A stretch of 32,000 nucleotides of DNA from Nitrososphaera viennensis EN76 (GCF_000698785.1 NZ_CP007536.1:1890001-1922000); one strand, 5' to 3'. Positions 9,567 to 18,457 are shown, counted from the first letter of the stretch. The notes: generated by a model from the sequence alone, not told the origin. Numbers and translations: made by a program.

Positions 9567-9775
9567 CCTGCGGTTGTTGCTTTTGCCTGCTTGATCTTTT
9601 CCAGGTCCTTCTGCAGCGCCTCTATGGTTTTCGGTATCTCTTTTTCGGCGCAGCCAAGGCACATCTGCTGGAGCGACAGCGGGTACGCGAAATAGCGCTC
9701 GTTGAGGGCGATGTCGCGCTTGCACGTGACGCACTTTTTCATCTTGTACGGGTCGGTGTTTTTCGTTATCATCAC
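9563..9775 (-). CDS. Small CxxC...CxxC zinc-binding protein
   Basis: 70 aa with KCVTCKRD...MCLGCAEKE. Its start abuts the stop of the beta-CASP RNase gene (9776), so it is probably co-transcribed. Confidence 0.45.
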   Translation of the reverse strand: MMITKNTDPYKMKKCVTCKRDIALNERYFAYPLSLQQMCLGCAEKEIPKTIEALQKDLEKIKQAKATTAG

Positions 9776-11038
9776 TCACACTTCCACCACTTCGCCCTGC
9801 TCGGGCGCGCGAGCCTCGTAGCCGTATTTCTCCTTTATCTCTTGCGCAAACTTTTCGCACGAGGGCCCGTCGCCGTGCACGGTGAGGACCTTGGGGTTGC
9901 CCTGCACGCGGTCCAGTATCTCAAATAACTCACTTCGGCTGTTATGTCCGGAAAACTCGAAGCGCTTGACGTCGGCGTAGCACTTTCTCATCTTGCCGTC
10001 AAAGTTGGCCACGCGCTTGTCAAGGAGCATCTTGCCGGGCGTGCCCTCTCCCTGGTACGAGACGAGGGCGATGCCGTTCTTTTCGCTTCCCATCATCTCC
10101 TGCGTGTAGAATATCGCAGAGCCTCCGACCAGCATGCCTGCCGGCGAAATGATGACGCACGGCTCGTTGACCACCTTCCTGCGCCTGCCCCAGCCGGTTA
10201 TCCACTCGGCGCCTCCGATTGCGCGCTTGAACATCTCCGGGTCGCGCAGGAACGCGGGGTGGCGGCCCATGATCTCGTTTGCCTTGAGCGCCATGCCGTC
10301 CATGACGACCTTGTGCTTGAAATTGTAATGCTCAAGGACGCAGGCGATCTCTTGCGCCCTCTCGACGGAGAAGGAGGGTATGAACATCGTGCCGCCCCGC
10401 TCGATGACCTCGTAGCAGAACTCTATCAGCTCCCGCTCTGACTGCTCGCGGGGCGTCTGCTCGTTCTGCGAGTACGTGCTCTCTATTATCATCATGTCAA
10501 TCGGCCCAAAGTCAAGGTCCGCCGGACGCAAGAGTTTCGAGCCGCGGGTGTTGATGTCGCCGGTGTAGAACAGCTTTTTGCCCTCATGCTCCACCGTGAC
10601 AGTCGAGCCTCCGACGACGTGGCCCGATTCATATAACGTTACCTTGGCGTCGTTTACCATGTACGGCTCCCTGTACTGCAGTTTCTTGGAGCTTTTCAGC
10701 ATGGTCATGACGTCGATGTATTCAAACGGCAGGTAAAAGCCCGACAGCTTGATCATGTCCTCTATCAAGAGCTCGGACAGCTCAAACGTCGGCAATGTAC
10801 CTAATGCTGGTATGTCTGTGGTTCCTGAAAGATACAGTGACGGAACAAACCCGGAATGGTCGAGGTGCGCGTGCGTGATAACGACGGCGTCGACCTCCTT
10901 TGGCTTGACGTGCATCGGGAAAACTGGCTCCCTCTTTAATAGCACGCCATAATCCATCAGTATGTTCGTGTTGTTGCAGTTTGCGAGAAAAGCGGAACGG
11001 CCGACTTCCTTTGCGGCCCCCATTACCTTAACTTTCAA
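9776..11038 (-). CDS. Metallo-beta-lactamase / beta-CASP ribonuclease (aCPSF2-like, no KH domains)
   Basis: 420 aa. It has the HxHxDH motif (THAHLDHSG), beta-CASP motif B-like SGHNSRSEL and motif C-like LTVHGD. Confidence 0.85.
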   Translation of the reverse strand: MKVKVMGAAKEVGRSAFLANCNNTNILMDYGVLLKREPVFPMHVKPKEVDAVVITHAHLDHSGFVPSLYLSGTTDIPALGTLPTFELSELLIEDMIKLSGFYLPFEYIDVMTMLKSSKKLQYREPYMVNDAKVTLYESGHVVGGSTVTVEHEGKKLFYTGDINTRGSKLLRPADLDFGPIDMMIIESTYSQNEQTPREQSERELIEFCYEVIERGGTMFIPSFSVERAQEIACVLEHYNFKHKVVMDGMALKANEIMGRHPAFLRDPEMFKRAIGGAEWITGWGRRRKVVNEPCVIISPAGMLVGGSAIFYTQEMMGSEKNGIALVSYQGEGTPGKMLLDKRVANFDGKMRKCYADVKRFEFSGHNSRSELFEILDRVQGNPKVLTVHGDGPSCEKFAQEIKEKYGYEARAPEQGEVVEV

Positions 11039-11126
11039 TCTGTTTACAGCAGCAAATCTTGTCTGTAGGCGCTTTAAAGCTTGCTAATTGAACAGGAGGG
11101 AGGGGCGTGCTTCCAGTGGAACTGCA

Positions 11127-12719
11127 TTATCGAGGGTTGGTTCTTTTATATCTCGTAAACCGTGCAGCGGCCACAATCCCTCCTGTGGCCAGCGCTGCTG
11201 CGACGATTGCAGCCGTCGTCCCAAATTCAGGCACCGTTGTAACGTCTTCGAGTATTGTGGCGCTGCCAAACGTCTTGCCGCCGTCTGTGCTTGCTCTCAT
11301 AATTATGCGCTGTTCTTGGGATGACACTGTCGCATTAATGGCTTCAAGCCACAATGCATAGACGTTATCATGTGACGCCACCAACAGCACGTTAGATGGT
11401 GGAGGAATTTCTGGTACATACTCTTTTTCTACCAGATCAGTCTGATTTTCGACGCTCGATCTATCTTCATAACCTGCTGCAAACGATACCCTTCTTTCTG
11501 TCTCTGAAAAGATAGACCATAACAGATATGCCTTGCCATCTTCAGTGATGATCATCTGCCTGTTGCTACTCTGCTCCGACTTGAATTCCCCGGGCATAGG
11601 CTGCGTCACCCTCTCAAAGTTCCTACCGCCATCCGTGCTTTTCAACAAAAGATAGCCGTTTTCTCCCGGCGCCTGCAACAGGACGTACACGTCTCCATCA
11701 CGAGTCCATAAAGACGGGATGGAAATGGCCCCCATTCCTTCTGCATAATCTTTTGACAGGTTTACTTTGCTGCTGAATGTCTGGCCGCGGTCATTGCCTG
11801 AGGAAAAGTAAAGATTGTTGTCTTTTTCCTTCCACAGGAGGTAAACGTTGCTTCCGTCAGCTGCGACGCTTGGGAATCCCGGCATGGACAGCTCGTCACC
11901 TGTCAGCTTGTCCAGCAGCATTGGTTCGCCAAAGCTGCTGTAAGCCAGCTTGTCAACTGGCACCGGCTCGTCCAAGCTTCCGTCTGGGTCGTAACCTTTT
12001 GCAAATAACGCCTTGGTTGAGCAGGTCGGCTCAATCATAAATTCGCACCTTGCATCCTCTGACCATACAACATAGATGTTATTGCCTGACGCTGCAATCC
12101 TCGGATTAACGGATTGAGCATCGCTTTTGCTCACATTGATAGGTGGGCCAAAGCTCCTGCCATCATCGTCGCTTTTCCTGAAGATAATCTCGCCCTGAGC
12201 GTCATTCCACACTACGTATACTCTATCGCTGCTGGCAAGAATCCGCCCTCCATCTACAAAAGGCCCGGCTGACCCGATATTGCCCAAGAATCCTTCTCCA
12301 AGCGTAATGGTTTCGCCAAAACTTGTGCCGTTGTCATTGCTTGCCTTGAAGAGTATGTCTCCTCCGTCTCCCCACATGACATAGACGTTGCTCCCTTCGA
12401 CGGCCATGTGTGGATATGCTGTGCATAAGGGACCTGAATGGTAGAGGCTTGTGACCTCGCCAAACGTCTTGCCGCCATCGGTGCTGTGCTTGAAGAAAAC
12501 GTTGTGGTCTCCCTGTCCATTGTAATAGCCTGTTTCATGCTCCCACAAGACGTACAGGTTGTCGCCTTCTGCCGCTGCCTGCATTCTGTACACACCGTAA
12601 GCCATGCACAGCGCATCTGCAGCGGGGAGTATTTGATAGGCAATATTTGCAAGCAAAAGCGACATAATGACAACCAGCACAGCCGGCAAGAATGACTGAC
12701 GCATTTCTTGAGCGATCAT
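11127..12719 (-). CDS. Secreted BNR/Asp-box repeat (sialidase-fold beta-propeller) protein with a PEFG-type C-terminal sorting signal
   Basis: 530 aa with an N-terminal signal/TM. It has six Asp-boxes (STDGGKTF, SNDNGTSF, SDDDGRSF, GNDRGQTF, STDGGRNF, STDGGKTF). The C-terminus is PEFG + hydrophobic helix + RFTRYKRTNPR. Confidence 0.8.
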   Translation of the reverse strand: MIAQEMRQSFLPAVLVVIMSLLLANIAYQILPAADALCMAYGVYRMQAAAEGDNLYVLWEHETGYYNGQGDHNVFFKHSTDGGKTFGEVTSLYHSGPLCTAYPHMAVEGSNVYVMWGDGGDILFKASNDNGTSFGETITLGEGFLGNIGSAGPFVDGGRILASSDRVYVVWNDAQGEIIFRKSDDDGRSFGPPINVSKSDAQSVNPRIAASGNNIYVVWSEDARCEFMIEPTCSTKALFAKGYDPDGSLDEPVPVDKLAYSSFGEPMLLDKLTGDELSMPGFPSVAADGSNVYLLWKEKDNNLYFSSGNDRGQTFSSKVNLSKDYAEGMGAISIPSLWTRDGDVYVLLQAPGENGYLLLKSTDGGRNFERVTQPMPGEFKSEQSSNRQMIITEDGKAYLLWSIFSETERRVSFAAGYEDRSSVENQTDLVEKEYVPEIPPPSNVLLVASHDNVYALWLEAINATVSSQEQRIIMRASTDGGKTFGSATILEDVTTVPEFGTTAAIVAAALATGGIVAAARFTRYKRTNPR

Positions 12720-12772
12720 ATGGTATTTTCATTACATATTAGACTTCTGTAAGACACTCTAGTCTCTTTTAT

Positions 12773-13579
12773 CTAGCCAAAGCGCACCTGCCATAGCGGA
12801 TCCTGCACGGCAGGATTTTCCAGCTGTTGCATGTACCCAAACCCGCACTCGTCCAGCACGGATTCAAAGTCGTATCTTTCCTTGATTGAGGGCTCGGCCG
12901 CCGCCTGCTTTTCCAGAGCCTTCTTTACCCTAGCAGCCATGTTTGGCCTGGCATAGACGTACCAGAGGTTGTGCGCGCCGCGCATCCTTGCCAGCTGCGC
13001 GCGTTTTTCCTCTGGCATCTTTGTGTAATGGCGGTTCATGATCTCGATATTGACGTCCTCCCACGAAGGCGTACGCCACCACGCGACGCGCTCAAAGCCG
13101 TGGCCATCAAACTCGGCTGCAAGGCTGATGCCCTGGTCAAGCGTCGTGACAATGACGTCAGTGCTCCTGGCAACGGGGTCGCGAAAGTCCTGCCCCGGCT
13201 CCATCCATCCTACAAAGATAACGTCGTATTTCCTGTCGATCCAGTGCGCGTCGGCTATCCTGATATAGTCAGGTTTTGCGATGCCGAGGCCGTAGAATAT
13301 GCCGGCGTCCTTTTCAAGCCCCTCTGCGCCCGGCAAATACTCCCTTATTCTTTTCAAAAAGTCTCCATAGCCGCAGCCAACGTCAAGGTAGCTTGGATTG
13401 TTATCGTTAACTGCCCTTGCTATCGCAACGACGCGCAGCACGTCGACCTTGCGATAGGAAAAGTAGGTGCCGGCAAAGAACGGAAAGCTGTATCGCGCGT
13501 GGTGCGGCGACGCGGCGTTTCTCTGGAACTGCGCAAACGACGCCATCGCCTTTCGCAGGTCGTCAGTGACAAACGGCAT
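12773..13579 (-). CDS. Class I SAM-dependent methyltransferase (paralog 1)
   Basis: 268 aa with SAM motif I YLDVGCGYGDFLK. It aligns full-length to the adjacent gene. Confidence 0.75.
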   Translation of the reverse strand: MPFVTDDLRKAMASFAQFQRNAASPHHARYSFPFFAGTYFSYRKVDVLRVVAIARAVNDNNPSYLDVGCGYGDFLKRIREYLPGAEGLEKDAGIFYGLGIAKPDYIRIADAHWIDRKYDVIFVGWMEPGQDFRDPVARSTDVIVTTLDQGISLAAEFDGHGFERVAWWRTPSWEDVNIEIMNRHYTKMPEEKRAQLARMRGAHNLWYVYARPNMAARVKKALEKQAAAEPSIKERYDFESVLDECGFGYMQQLENPAVQDPLWQVRFG

Positions 13580-13582
13580 ATG

Positions 13583-14401
13583 CTAGTCCAGGATCACTTC
13601 CCACAGGCGTTTTGCAGTTGTAACCGTTGCAAGCTCTTCTTTGTACCCAAACCCGCACTCGTCCAGCACGCCTTCAAAGTCATACCTTTCTTTTGCATCC
13701 TCCCTTGCGATGTGCGACGCAAGAGCCTCCCTTATCTTGTCAGCAAGCTCTGGCCTTGCATAGACGTACCAAAAGTTGTGCGCGCTGCGCAGAGTTGCAA
13801 GGTGGCGCTTTTTCTCCTCCGAAAGCGACGGCGTGTAGTAACGGTTCATAAGCTCGGCGTTTACGTCTATCCACGAGGGCGTCCGCCACCACGCTATTTG
13901 CTCAAAGCCAAACTCGTCGTACTCGCAGCCGCCGTTTACCCCGCACTGGCCGCCTGCGTCAAACGTCGTAATGACGCACTTTGCAATCTTTGCCACCTGC
14001 CTGCGAAAGTCGGCTCCCGGCTCCATCCACCCGACAAACGCCACGTCCACCGGCTTTGACAATAGTGACTCGACAGGCGCAATCTCGATGTAGGCGGGCT
14101 TTTCCATGCCCAGCGCGTAAAATATCCCGCCTTCCTTTTCGACTCCTGACGCGCCCGGCAAATACTCTATCACCTTTTTCAGGAAATCCCCATAGCCGCA
14201 ACCGACATCTAGGTAGCTTGGCTTTTCATTCACCGCTTTTGCTATCGCAACGACGCGCAGCACGTCGACCTTGCGGTATGCAAAATACGATCCAGTGAAA
14301 AATGGGAAAATGTATCGCGCATGGTGCACTGGCGGGTTTTTCTCAGCAAACTGCCGGTAAGCTTTATGTGCTTTCTGCAATTCTTCCAGCTTGAAAGACA
14401 T
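13583..14401 (-). CDS. Class I SAM-dependent methyltransferase (paralog 2)
   Basis: Track ORF 13583..14425. The start is placed at MSFKLEELQKA (ATG at 14399-14401) because it aligns with the paralog-1 N-terminus MPFVTDDLRKA. It has the same YLDVGCGYGDFLK motif. Confidence 0.75.
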   Translation of the reverse strand: MSFKLEELQKAHKAYRQFAEKNPPVHHARYIFPFFTGSYFAYRKVDVLRVVAIAKAVNEKPSYLDVGCGYGDFLKKVIEYLPGASGVEKEGGIFYALGMEKPAYIEIAPVESLLSKPVDVAFVGWMEPGADFRRQVAKIAKCVITTFDAGGQCGVNGGCEYDEFGFEQIAWWRTPSWIDVNAELMNRYYTPSLSEEKKRHLATLRSAHNFWYVYARPELADKIREALASHIAREDAKERYDFEGVLDECGFGYKEELATVTTAKRLWEVILD

Positions 14402-14530
14402 GGCTCGTGCGCGCAGTGCTGCCACTGACTCGTCCCTATATGTTGCTTCATGCGCATAGGGTTTTTCACCTATAACACCGTTTACAAAACCCCATAACGC
14501 TTATTAAGTTCCGTTCGTTACTCCTGACTT

Positions 14531-14752
14531 ATGGTTAGGAAATTTGACGACTGGTGGAAGACAGTTCCAGCTGACTTGAAGGCAAAGGCTCGCAAGGGTG
14601 ACGAGTCCAACAAGCCATTGCTCAACCAGGTTAACTACGTTCTTCTGCACCTTCACTTGGCAGGCAAGCACGATGCAAAGCCGACCCACGAGGAGCTGAA
14701 GGACTGGCTACACAGTGGCCAAGTTGACGTCCTGAGACAGGGCGGCAAGTAA
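14531..14752 (+). CDS. Hypothetical small protein
   Basis: 73-aa ORF in an otherwise non-coding gap, followed by a polypyrimidine tract. No family recognised. Confidence 0.4.
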   Translation: MVRKFDDWWKTVPADLKAKARKGDESNKPLLNQVNYVLLHLHLAGKHDAKPTHEELKDWLHSGQVDVLRQGGK

Positions 14753-14767
14753 AAGCAAGAAAAAACA

Positions 14768-14802
14768 CTTCTCTCTTTTTTCCTTTTCTTTTTCATCTTT
14801 TC
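14768..14802 (+). terminator. Polypyrimidine (CT/T-rich) tract, putative archaeal terminator
   Basis: cttctctcttttttccttttctttttc (27 nt of pure pyrimidine, 14768-14794) begins 16 nt after the stop at 14752. Confidence 0.4.
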
Positions 14803-14915
14803 ATCGATGAGCGGATGCTATTCTGTTACCTTTATGAGAATGTTATAACAGTGTTTTGGGATATGCATAGAGTTTAAATAGTTTCAAGCACTGACAACGC
14901 TTAGTGAATTAATAG

Positions 14916-15209
14916 ATGCCAATTGCTATACTTCCAGACGTCGATGAGCAAAGATGCATCGGCTGCGCGCTCTGCGTAGAAATCTGCACCGCTCTCGGTC
15001 CAGATGTACTCAGGGTCAAGCCGGTGGAAGGATGGAAGAGGGGTAAGGCATTTGTCTTCTATCCAGAGAGATGCATCTCCGACGGAGCATGCGTCGGTGT
15101 GTGCCCAACACACGCTATATTCTGGATGAGGCCGATGGAATACACCCCAGGACAGCCAGTCCCGCTGCACAAGAACGGTGTGTTCAGCAAGGGCTGGGAA
15201 GAAGGTTAA
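14916..15209 (+). CDS. 2x[4Fe-4S] ferredoxin-domain protein
   Basis: 97 aa with two cluster motifs, CIGCALCVEIC and CISDGACVGVCP. A tttaaata TATA-like box lies at 14873-14880. Confidence 0.8.
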   Translation: MPIAILPDVDEQRCIGCALCVEICTALGPDVLRVKPVEGWKRGKAFVFYPERCISDGACVGVCPTHAIFWMRPMEYTPGQPVPLHKNGVFSKGWEEG

Positions 15210-15224
15210 AAGTCCATCCCCAAA

Positions 15225-15258
15225 CTCTTTCTCTCTCTTCTCTTTTTCTCCTTTTTCC
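15225..15258 (+). terminator. Polypyrimidine tract, putative archaeal terminator
   Basis: A 34-nt pure pyrimidine run (ctctttctctctcttctctttttctcctttttcc) starts 16 nt after the ferredoxin stop. Its composition matches the 14768 tract. Confidence 0.4.
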
Positions 15259-15419
15259 AAATTTTCAAAACTTATTTCTACTAGTTCGTCGATCGTACTG
15301 CTACAATATGTGCGACTACATGTATTATGAAGAGTTGCGCAAGCACAAGGTCAGAAAGCAGATACCGGAGCCAGAGCGGGAACTGGAGCCGATAGAAGAA
15401 GAAAAGAAGCCGATCATCG

Positions 15420-16043
15420 TCAACGCCTAGAAAACGTGTCTGCCAGCCGGAGAGGCTCTGGCAGCCACTCTCCTTTCTTTGTCATGCTTCTGACGAGGGA
15501 AACAGCAGATTCAAGCGACATCCTGTGGCCTACGCTCACGTACAAGTTCTTCTTCTTGCGACCCTCTGCCGCTATCGTGTAGCCAAGGGTCTCGCCGCCA
15601 AGCTCGATGTAATTGTCATTCCTCACGCTTCCGCATAGCAGGCTCTTTGCAGCACCTATCGCCGGCTTGTCCTTGGCAACGCCGATGTAGCATGCAAGGC
15701 CGCACCTGCGAGGGTGCAGCAGCCCGTGGCCGTCCACCATGACAAGGTCGTAGCGGTCCAGGCGTTTTAGCGTGCGCAGGATGGGGCCAGCCTCCCGCAG
15801 CATGAAAAGGCCGGGGATGTACGGGTGCCTGATCTCGCTTTTCGTGCTTGCCTGCTCCACTATATTCAGGTCGGTATCCATGACAACGGCAGAGCAGTGC
15901 GCCACGCCTGCGCGGTACGAGACGTCGACTCCGCACACAAGCTTTATGTCCCCATGATCGTCTCTTGCAACGACCTTTTTTGCGATCTCTTTTTGCTGCC
16001 GGACTGCGGCAGCCGGTGTGGACGGCAGTCTATAGCCTGTCAA
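15420..16043 (-). CDS. nfi: Endonuclease V (deoxyinosine 3' endonuclease)
   Basis: 207 aa with VCGVDVSY, PYIPGLFMLRE and VDGHGLLHPRRCGLACYIGV motifs. It overlaps the tgtA stop by 14 nt. Confidence 0.9.
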   Translation of the reverse strand: MTGYRLPSTPAAAVRQQKEIAKKVVARDDHGDIKLVCGVDVSYRAGVAHCSAVVMDTDLNIVEQASTKSEIRHPYIPGLFMLREAGPILRTLKRLDRYDLVMVDGHGLLHPRRCGLACYIGVAKDKPAIGAAKSLLCGSVRNDNYIELGGETLGYTIAAEGRKKKNLYVSVGHRMSLESAVSLVRSMTKKGEWLPEPLRLADTFSRR

Positions 16044-17553
16044 TCACGTGATCTGAATAATCCTCCACGCGGGCCTTTAGCCTTGCCTCTTCTACCGCCT
16101 GCTTCATGAACCCGTCGGCGACGATTATCACTTCGTCAAACCTGGCTGCAAATTTCTGAAGCGATTCTACAAACGGCTGGTAGTCGCTTGTGCGCCTCTC
16201 CGCCCTTGGCGTCAGGTTGTGAGATGCGGGAAACACGTCGGATATTTCTGCCGGGATTATGCCGAGGTACGGGTTGTACGTAGCAATCTGCGCGTCAGGG
16301 AACTTTTTGGCGAGCGCCTTGAAGCCCCTCGTCGCGTAAAAGGGGTGGACCTCGCCTTCAGGAAACACGACGAGCTTTTTCTTGGCCGTCGTAAATTGCG
16401 AGACGGCCTGCCTGAAGCGCCTTGCCTCCGGCCTGTGCTGGTCTACAGGATCAAAGAAAAAGATCGCCTTTTCTTTGAAAAGCGGCGTGCCTCCTGCGAC
16501 AAAGTCAAACTCGCTGTCTCCAAACAGCTGCACCGCCTCCATCAGCTTGGGGTGCGCCCTTGCCTTTTGCATCACGTACTCCCACAGCCGGCCGTCCATT
16601 ATGGCCTGCTTTGTCATGTCCACCTCTGCTTTCAGCACGTGCAGGTTGTGCTTGGCGACCTCTATCATGCGCTGGTCCCTTGGCACGTCGCGCAGCTCCT
16701 TGAGGGTGTACGATGAACAGATGGGGCACTGGCACGGCAGGTATGCCAGCTCTTCGATTCGCGCCGTGCCGTTTGCATGCATGTACCTGCCGTCCTTGGC
16801 GTACAGCATGTACGACGCCGAGTCAAACGTGTCGCAGCCAAGCGCAATAGCAAGCGGGATGGTGAGCGGGTGGCCTGCGCCAAAGAGGTGCACCGGTTTT
16901 GCCGGTATAACCTTTTTTGCGCGCGCTATCATGCGCGCCAGGGTCGCAAACTCGTACGCCTCCATCAGCTCGACCGGGCTTCCTAGAGCCATGAACTGAA
17001 AGCCCATGCCGTCAAGGGCTTGCGCCGAATGCTCGACAAGGTCGAAATGCTCGGCGCCCTGCACCGGCCCGACCCACACCGCGTCCGTGTCGTTGCCGAC
17101 TACCTCTAGCGTCTGCTTGCAGTTTTCAAGCGTAATCCTGACGTACTCTTTGGCCTGCCCGTACGGGAGGCCGTAGCCGGTGGGCTTGTCAAGCGGTATC
17201 GGGATGTCGCTCTTGATGTCTTTTTCAAACTGTGCCATTGCTGCCGGCTCCACCTCGACCGACCCGTACTCCAGCACCTGGTAGCCGCCCGAGTCGGTCA
17301 TCACCGAGCCGTCAAAGCCGATGATGTCGTGTATGCCACGCTTTCTTGCCTCGTCGCCGTAGTGCTTTAGCGTGATGTATGCGTTTGTGATCACGAGCGT
17401 AAAGCCCATCTTTTCCTTGAGGAATTGCGGGCTTATTGTCTGCCTGACCGGGTGTACCACCGGCACAAAAGCCGGCGTCTCCACTTCCCCGTGGGGCGTC
17501 GAGAGCCTGCCTATTCGGGCCGCAAGATCCGTGTAGCGGACCTCAAACGCCAC
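16030..17553 (-). CDS. tgtA: Archaeosine tRNA-guanine(15) transglycosylase
   Basis: 507 aa. The N-terminus is FEVRYTDLAARIGRLSTPHGEVETPAFVPVV, with the TIM-barrel TGT core, the zinc site CQCPICSS...H and DSGGYQ. Confidence 0.9.
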   Translation of the reverse strand: MAFEVRYTDLAARIGRLSTPHGEVETPAFVPVVHPVRQTISPQFLKEKMGFTLVITNAYITLKHYGDEARKRGIHDIIGFDGSVMTDSGGYQVLEYGSVEVEPAAMAQFEKDIKSDIPIPLDKPTGYGLPYGQAKEYVRITLENCKQTLEVVGNDTDAVWVGPVQGAEHFDLVEHSAQALDGMGFQFMALGSPVELMEAYEFATLARMIARAKKVIPAKPVHLFGAGHPLTIPLAIALGCDTFDSASYMLYAKDGRYMHANGTARIEELAYLPCQCPICSSYTLKELRDVPRDQRMIEVAKHNLHVLKAEVDMTKQAIMDGRLWEYVMQKARAHPKLMEAVQLFGDSEFDFVAGGTPLFKEKAIFFFDPVDQHRPEARRFRQAVSQFTTAKKKLVVFPEGEVHPFYATRGFKALAKKFPDAQIATYNPYLGIIPAEISDVFPASHNLTPRAERRTSDYQPFVESLQKFAARFDEVIIVADGFMKQAVEEARLKARVEDYSDHVIDRL

Positions 17554-17968
17554 TCTGCTTCTTTGTCTCCTTCATAAAGGCGTCAAAGATGGACCTGACC
17601 CTGTCGGCAGAAAGGCCCGTTCCTTCCTCCACCCCGGACTGCGTCACCTTTATCTTGTCCATGACGATGATGGCGCCGACGTCCTCGCGGATCTTGACAA
17701 GGCCGGGAAACGCCCTTTCCAGCCTCTCTGCAAGCGCCTTGAAGTCAAACGGCTTTTCCATAAGGCGGATTTCCTTGACAAACGCGCCGTTCAGGATCAC
17801 CTTCAGTATGCCGTGGCCCTCGACGTTGTCAAGCACGATGTCGAGCTTGTCGTCGACGCCGGCAAGCGTCCCGTTGTAAACCTTGCTATCAGAAGTCTCT
17901 ACCGCCACCTTTTTGCCGATGAATTGAAGAGTCTCTTCGCCAAATTTTCTTGTAACAACAGCTGCCAT
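17543..17968 (-). CDS. Sm-like (LSm) domain protein with a C-terminal extension
   Basis: Track ORF 17543..18160. Its first 64 aa are Arg/Trp-rich junk, so the start is placed at MAAVVTRKFGEETLQFIGKKV (ATG at 17966-17968). Sm1/Sm2-like segments are VAVETSDSKVYNGTLAGVDDKLDIVLDNV and VILNGAFVKEIRL. Confidence 0.7.
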   Translation of the reverse strand: MAAVVTRKFGEETLQFIGKKVAVETSDSKVYNGTLAGVDDKLDIVLDNVEGHGILKVILNGAFVKEIRLMEKPFDFKALAERLERAFPGLVKIREDVGAIIVMDKIKVTQSGVEEGTGLSADRVRSIFDAFMKETKKQSGV

Positions 17969-18005
17969 GCCTTTCTCAATTGCTCGGTTGTATATATACG
18001 AATTT

Positions 18006-18221
18006 TTAGGCCAGCAGCGCTTCCAGGCGGTCAAAAGCGCCGTGCCAGCGCTCCTTTGCACGCGCAACGTCCGCGGGCCTGGCAAGCTTGTTCTGCTGCA
18101 CCGCCACCATGCTCTTGCTCTCGTCCTTAGCGTAAAAGTTGGCCTCGACGTTCGTGCCATCCGGCCACGTTATGCGCATCGACTTTTCTTTGTAGCAATT
18201 GGACGAAAGGTGTTGTTGCAT
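18006..18221 (-). CDS. Hypothetical small protein (start uncertain: 18179, 18221 or 18263)
   Basis: Part of track ORF 18006..18263. The ATG at 18219-18221 lies about 27 nt downstream of an aaattat TATA-like element on the minus strand. No family recognised. Confidence 0.3.
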   Translation of the reverse strand: MQQHLSSNCYKEKSMRITWPDGTNVEANFYAKDESKSMVAVQQNKLARPADVARAKERWHGAFDRLEALLA

Positions 18222-18457
18222 AGAGCCGTTTTCTAAGCGTGCATAACTGCATAATTTGAGCATGGCTGCGCATAATTCCTTGCAGCCACATTGTCCTGAG
18301 AAATATCATCATTGCATTCTGCTTTCCAAGAAGATAAAAGAATTAGTTTCACGCAGTATGCTTTACTCCTTATCGATAAAAATAGGGATGAGATTGCATA
18401 TTGGTGATAATATTCTGGAGTTGCTAGTGCACACAAGGTTCTAAATACTAGTCAAGA

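Noticed and set aside
8635-9860. Several 180-223-aa minus-strand ORFs (8635..9189, 8648..9319, 9189..9860)
   Set aside because: They are shadow ORFs opposite cysS and the bactofilin-like, Zn and beta-CASP genes. They have no motifs and overlap better-supported genes.
12971-14059. A 362-aa plus-strand ORF spanning both methyltransferase genes
   Set aside because: It is antisense to two ORFs with clear SAM-MTase motifs. Its product is Arg/Pro/Ala-rich with no motifs, which is the typical shadow ORF of GC-rich coding DNA.
14901-15260. A 119-aa minus-strand ORF (MEKGEKEKREKEF...)
   Set aside because: It is antisense to the ferredoxin gene, which has two clear 4Fe-4S motifs. Its N-terminus is simply the complement of the polypyrimidine tract.
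15308-15430. A 40-aa ORF (MCDYMYYEELRKHKVRKQIPEPERELEPIEEEKKPIIVNA)
   Set aside because: It has no motif, overlaps the nfi 3' end by 11 nt and follows a putative terminator. It may be real, but the evidence is too weak to list as a feature.
17969-18160. A 64-aa N-terminal extension of the Sm-like ORF
   Set aside because: The extension (MARTSRPTFTLRTRARAWWRC...) is Arg/Trp-rich and overlaps the downstream small ORF region. The internal ATG at 17968 gives a normal Sm-domain N-terminus.
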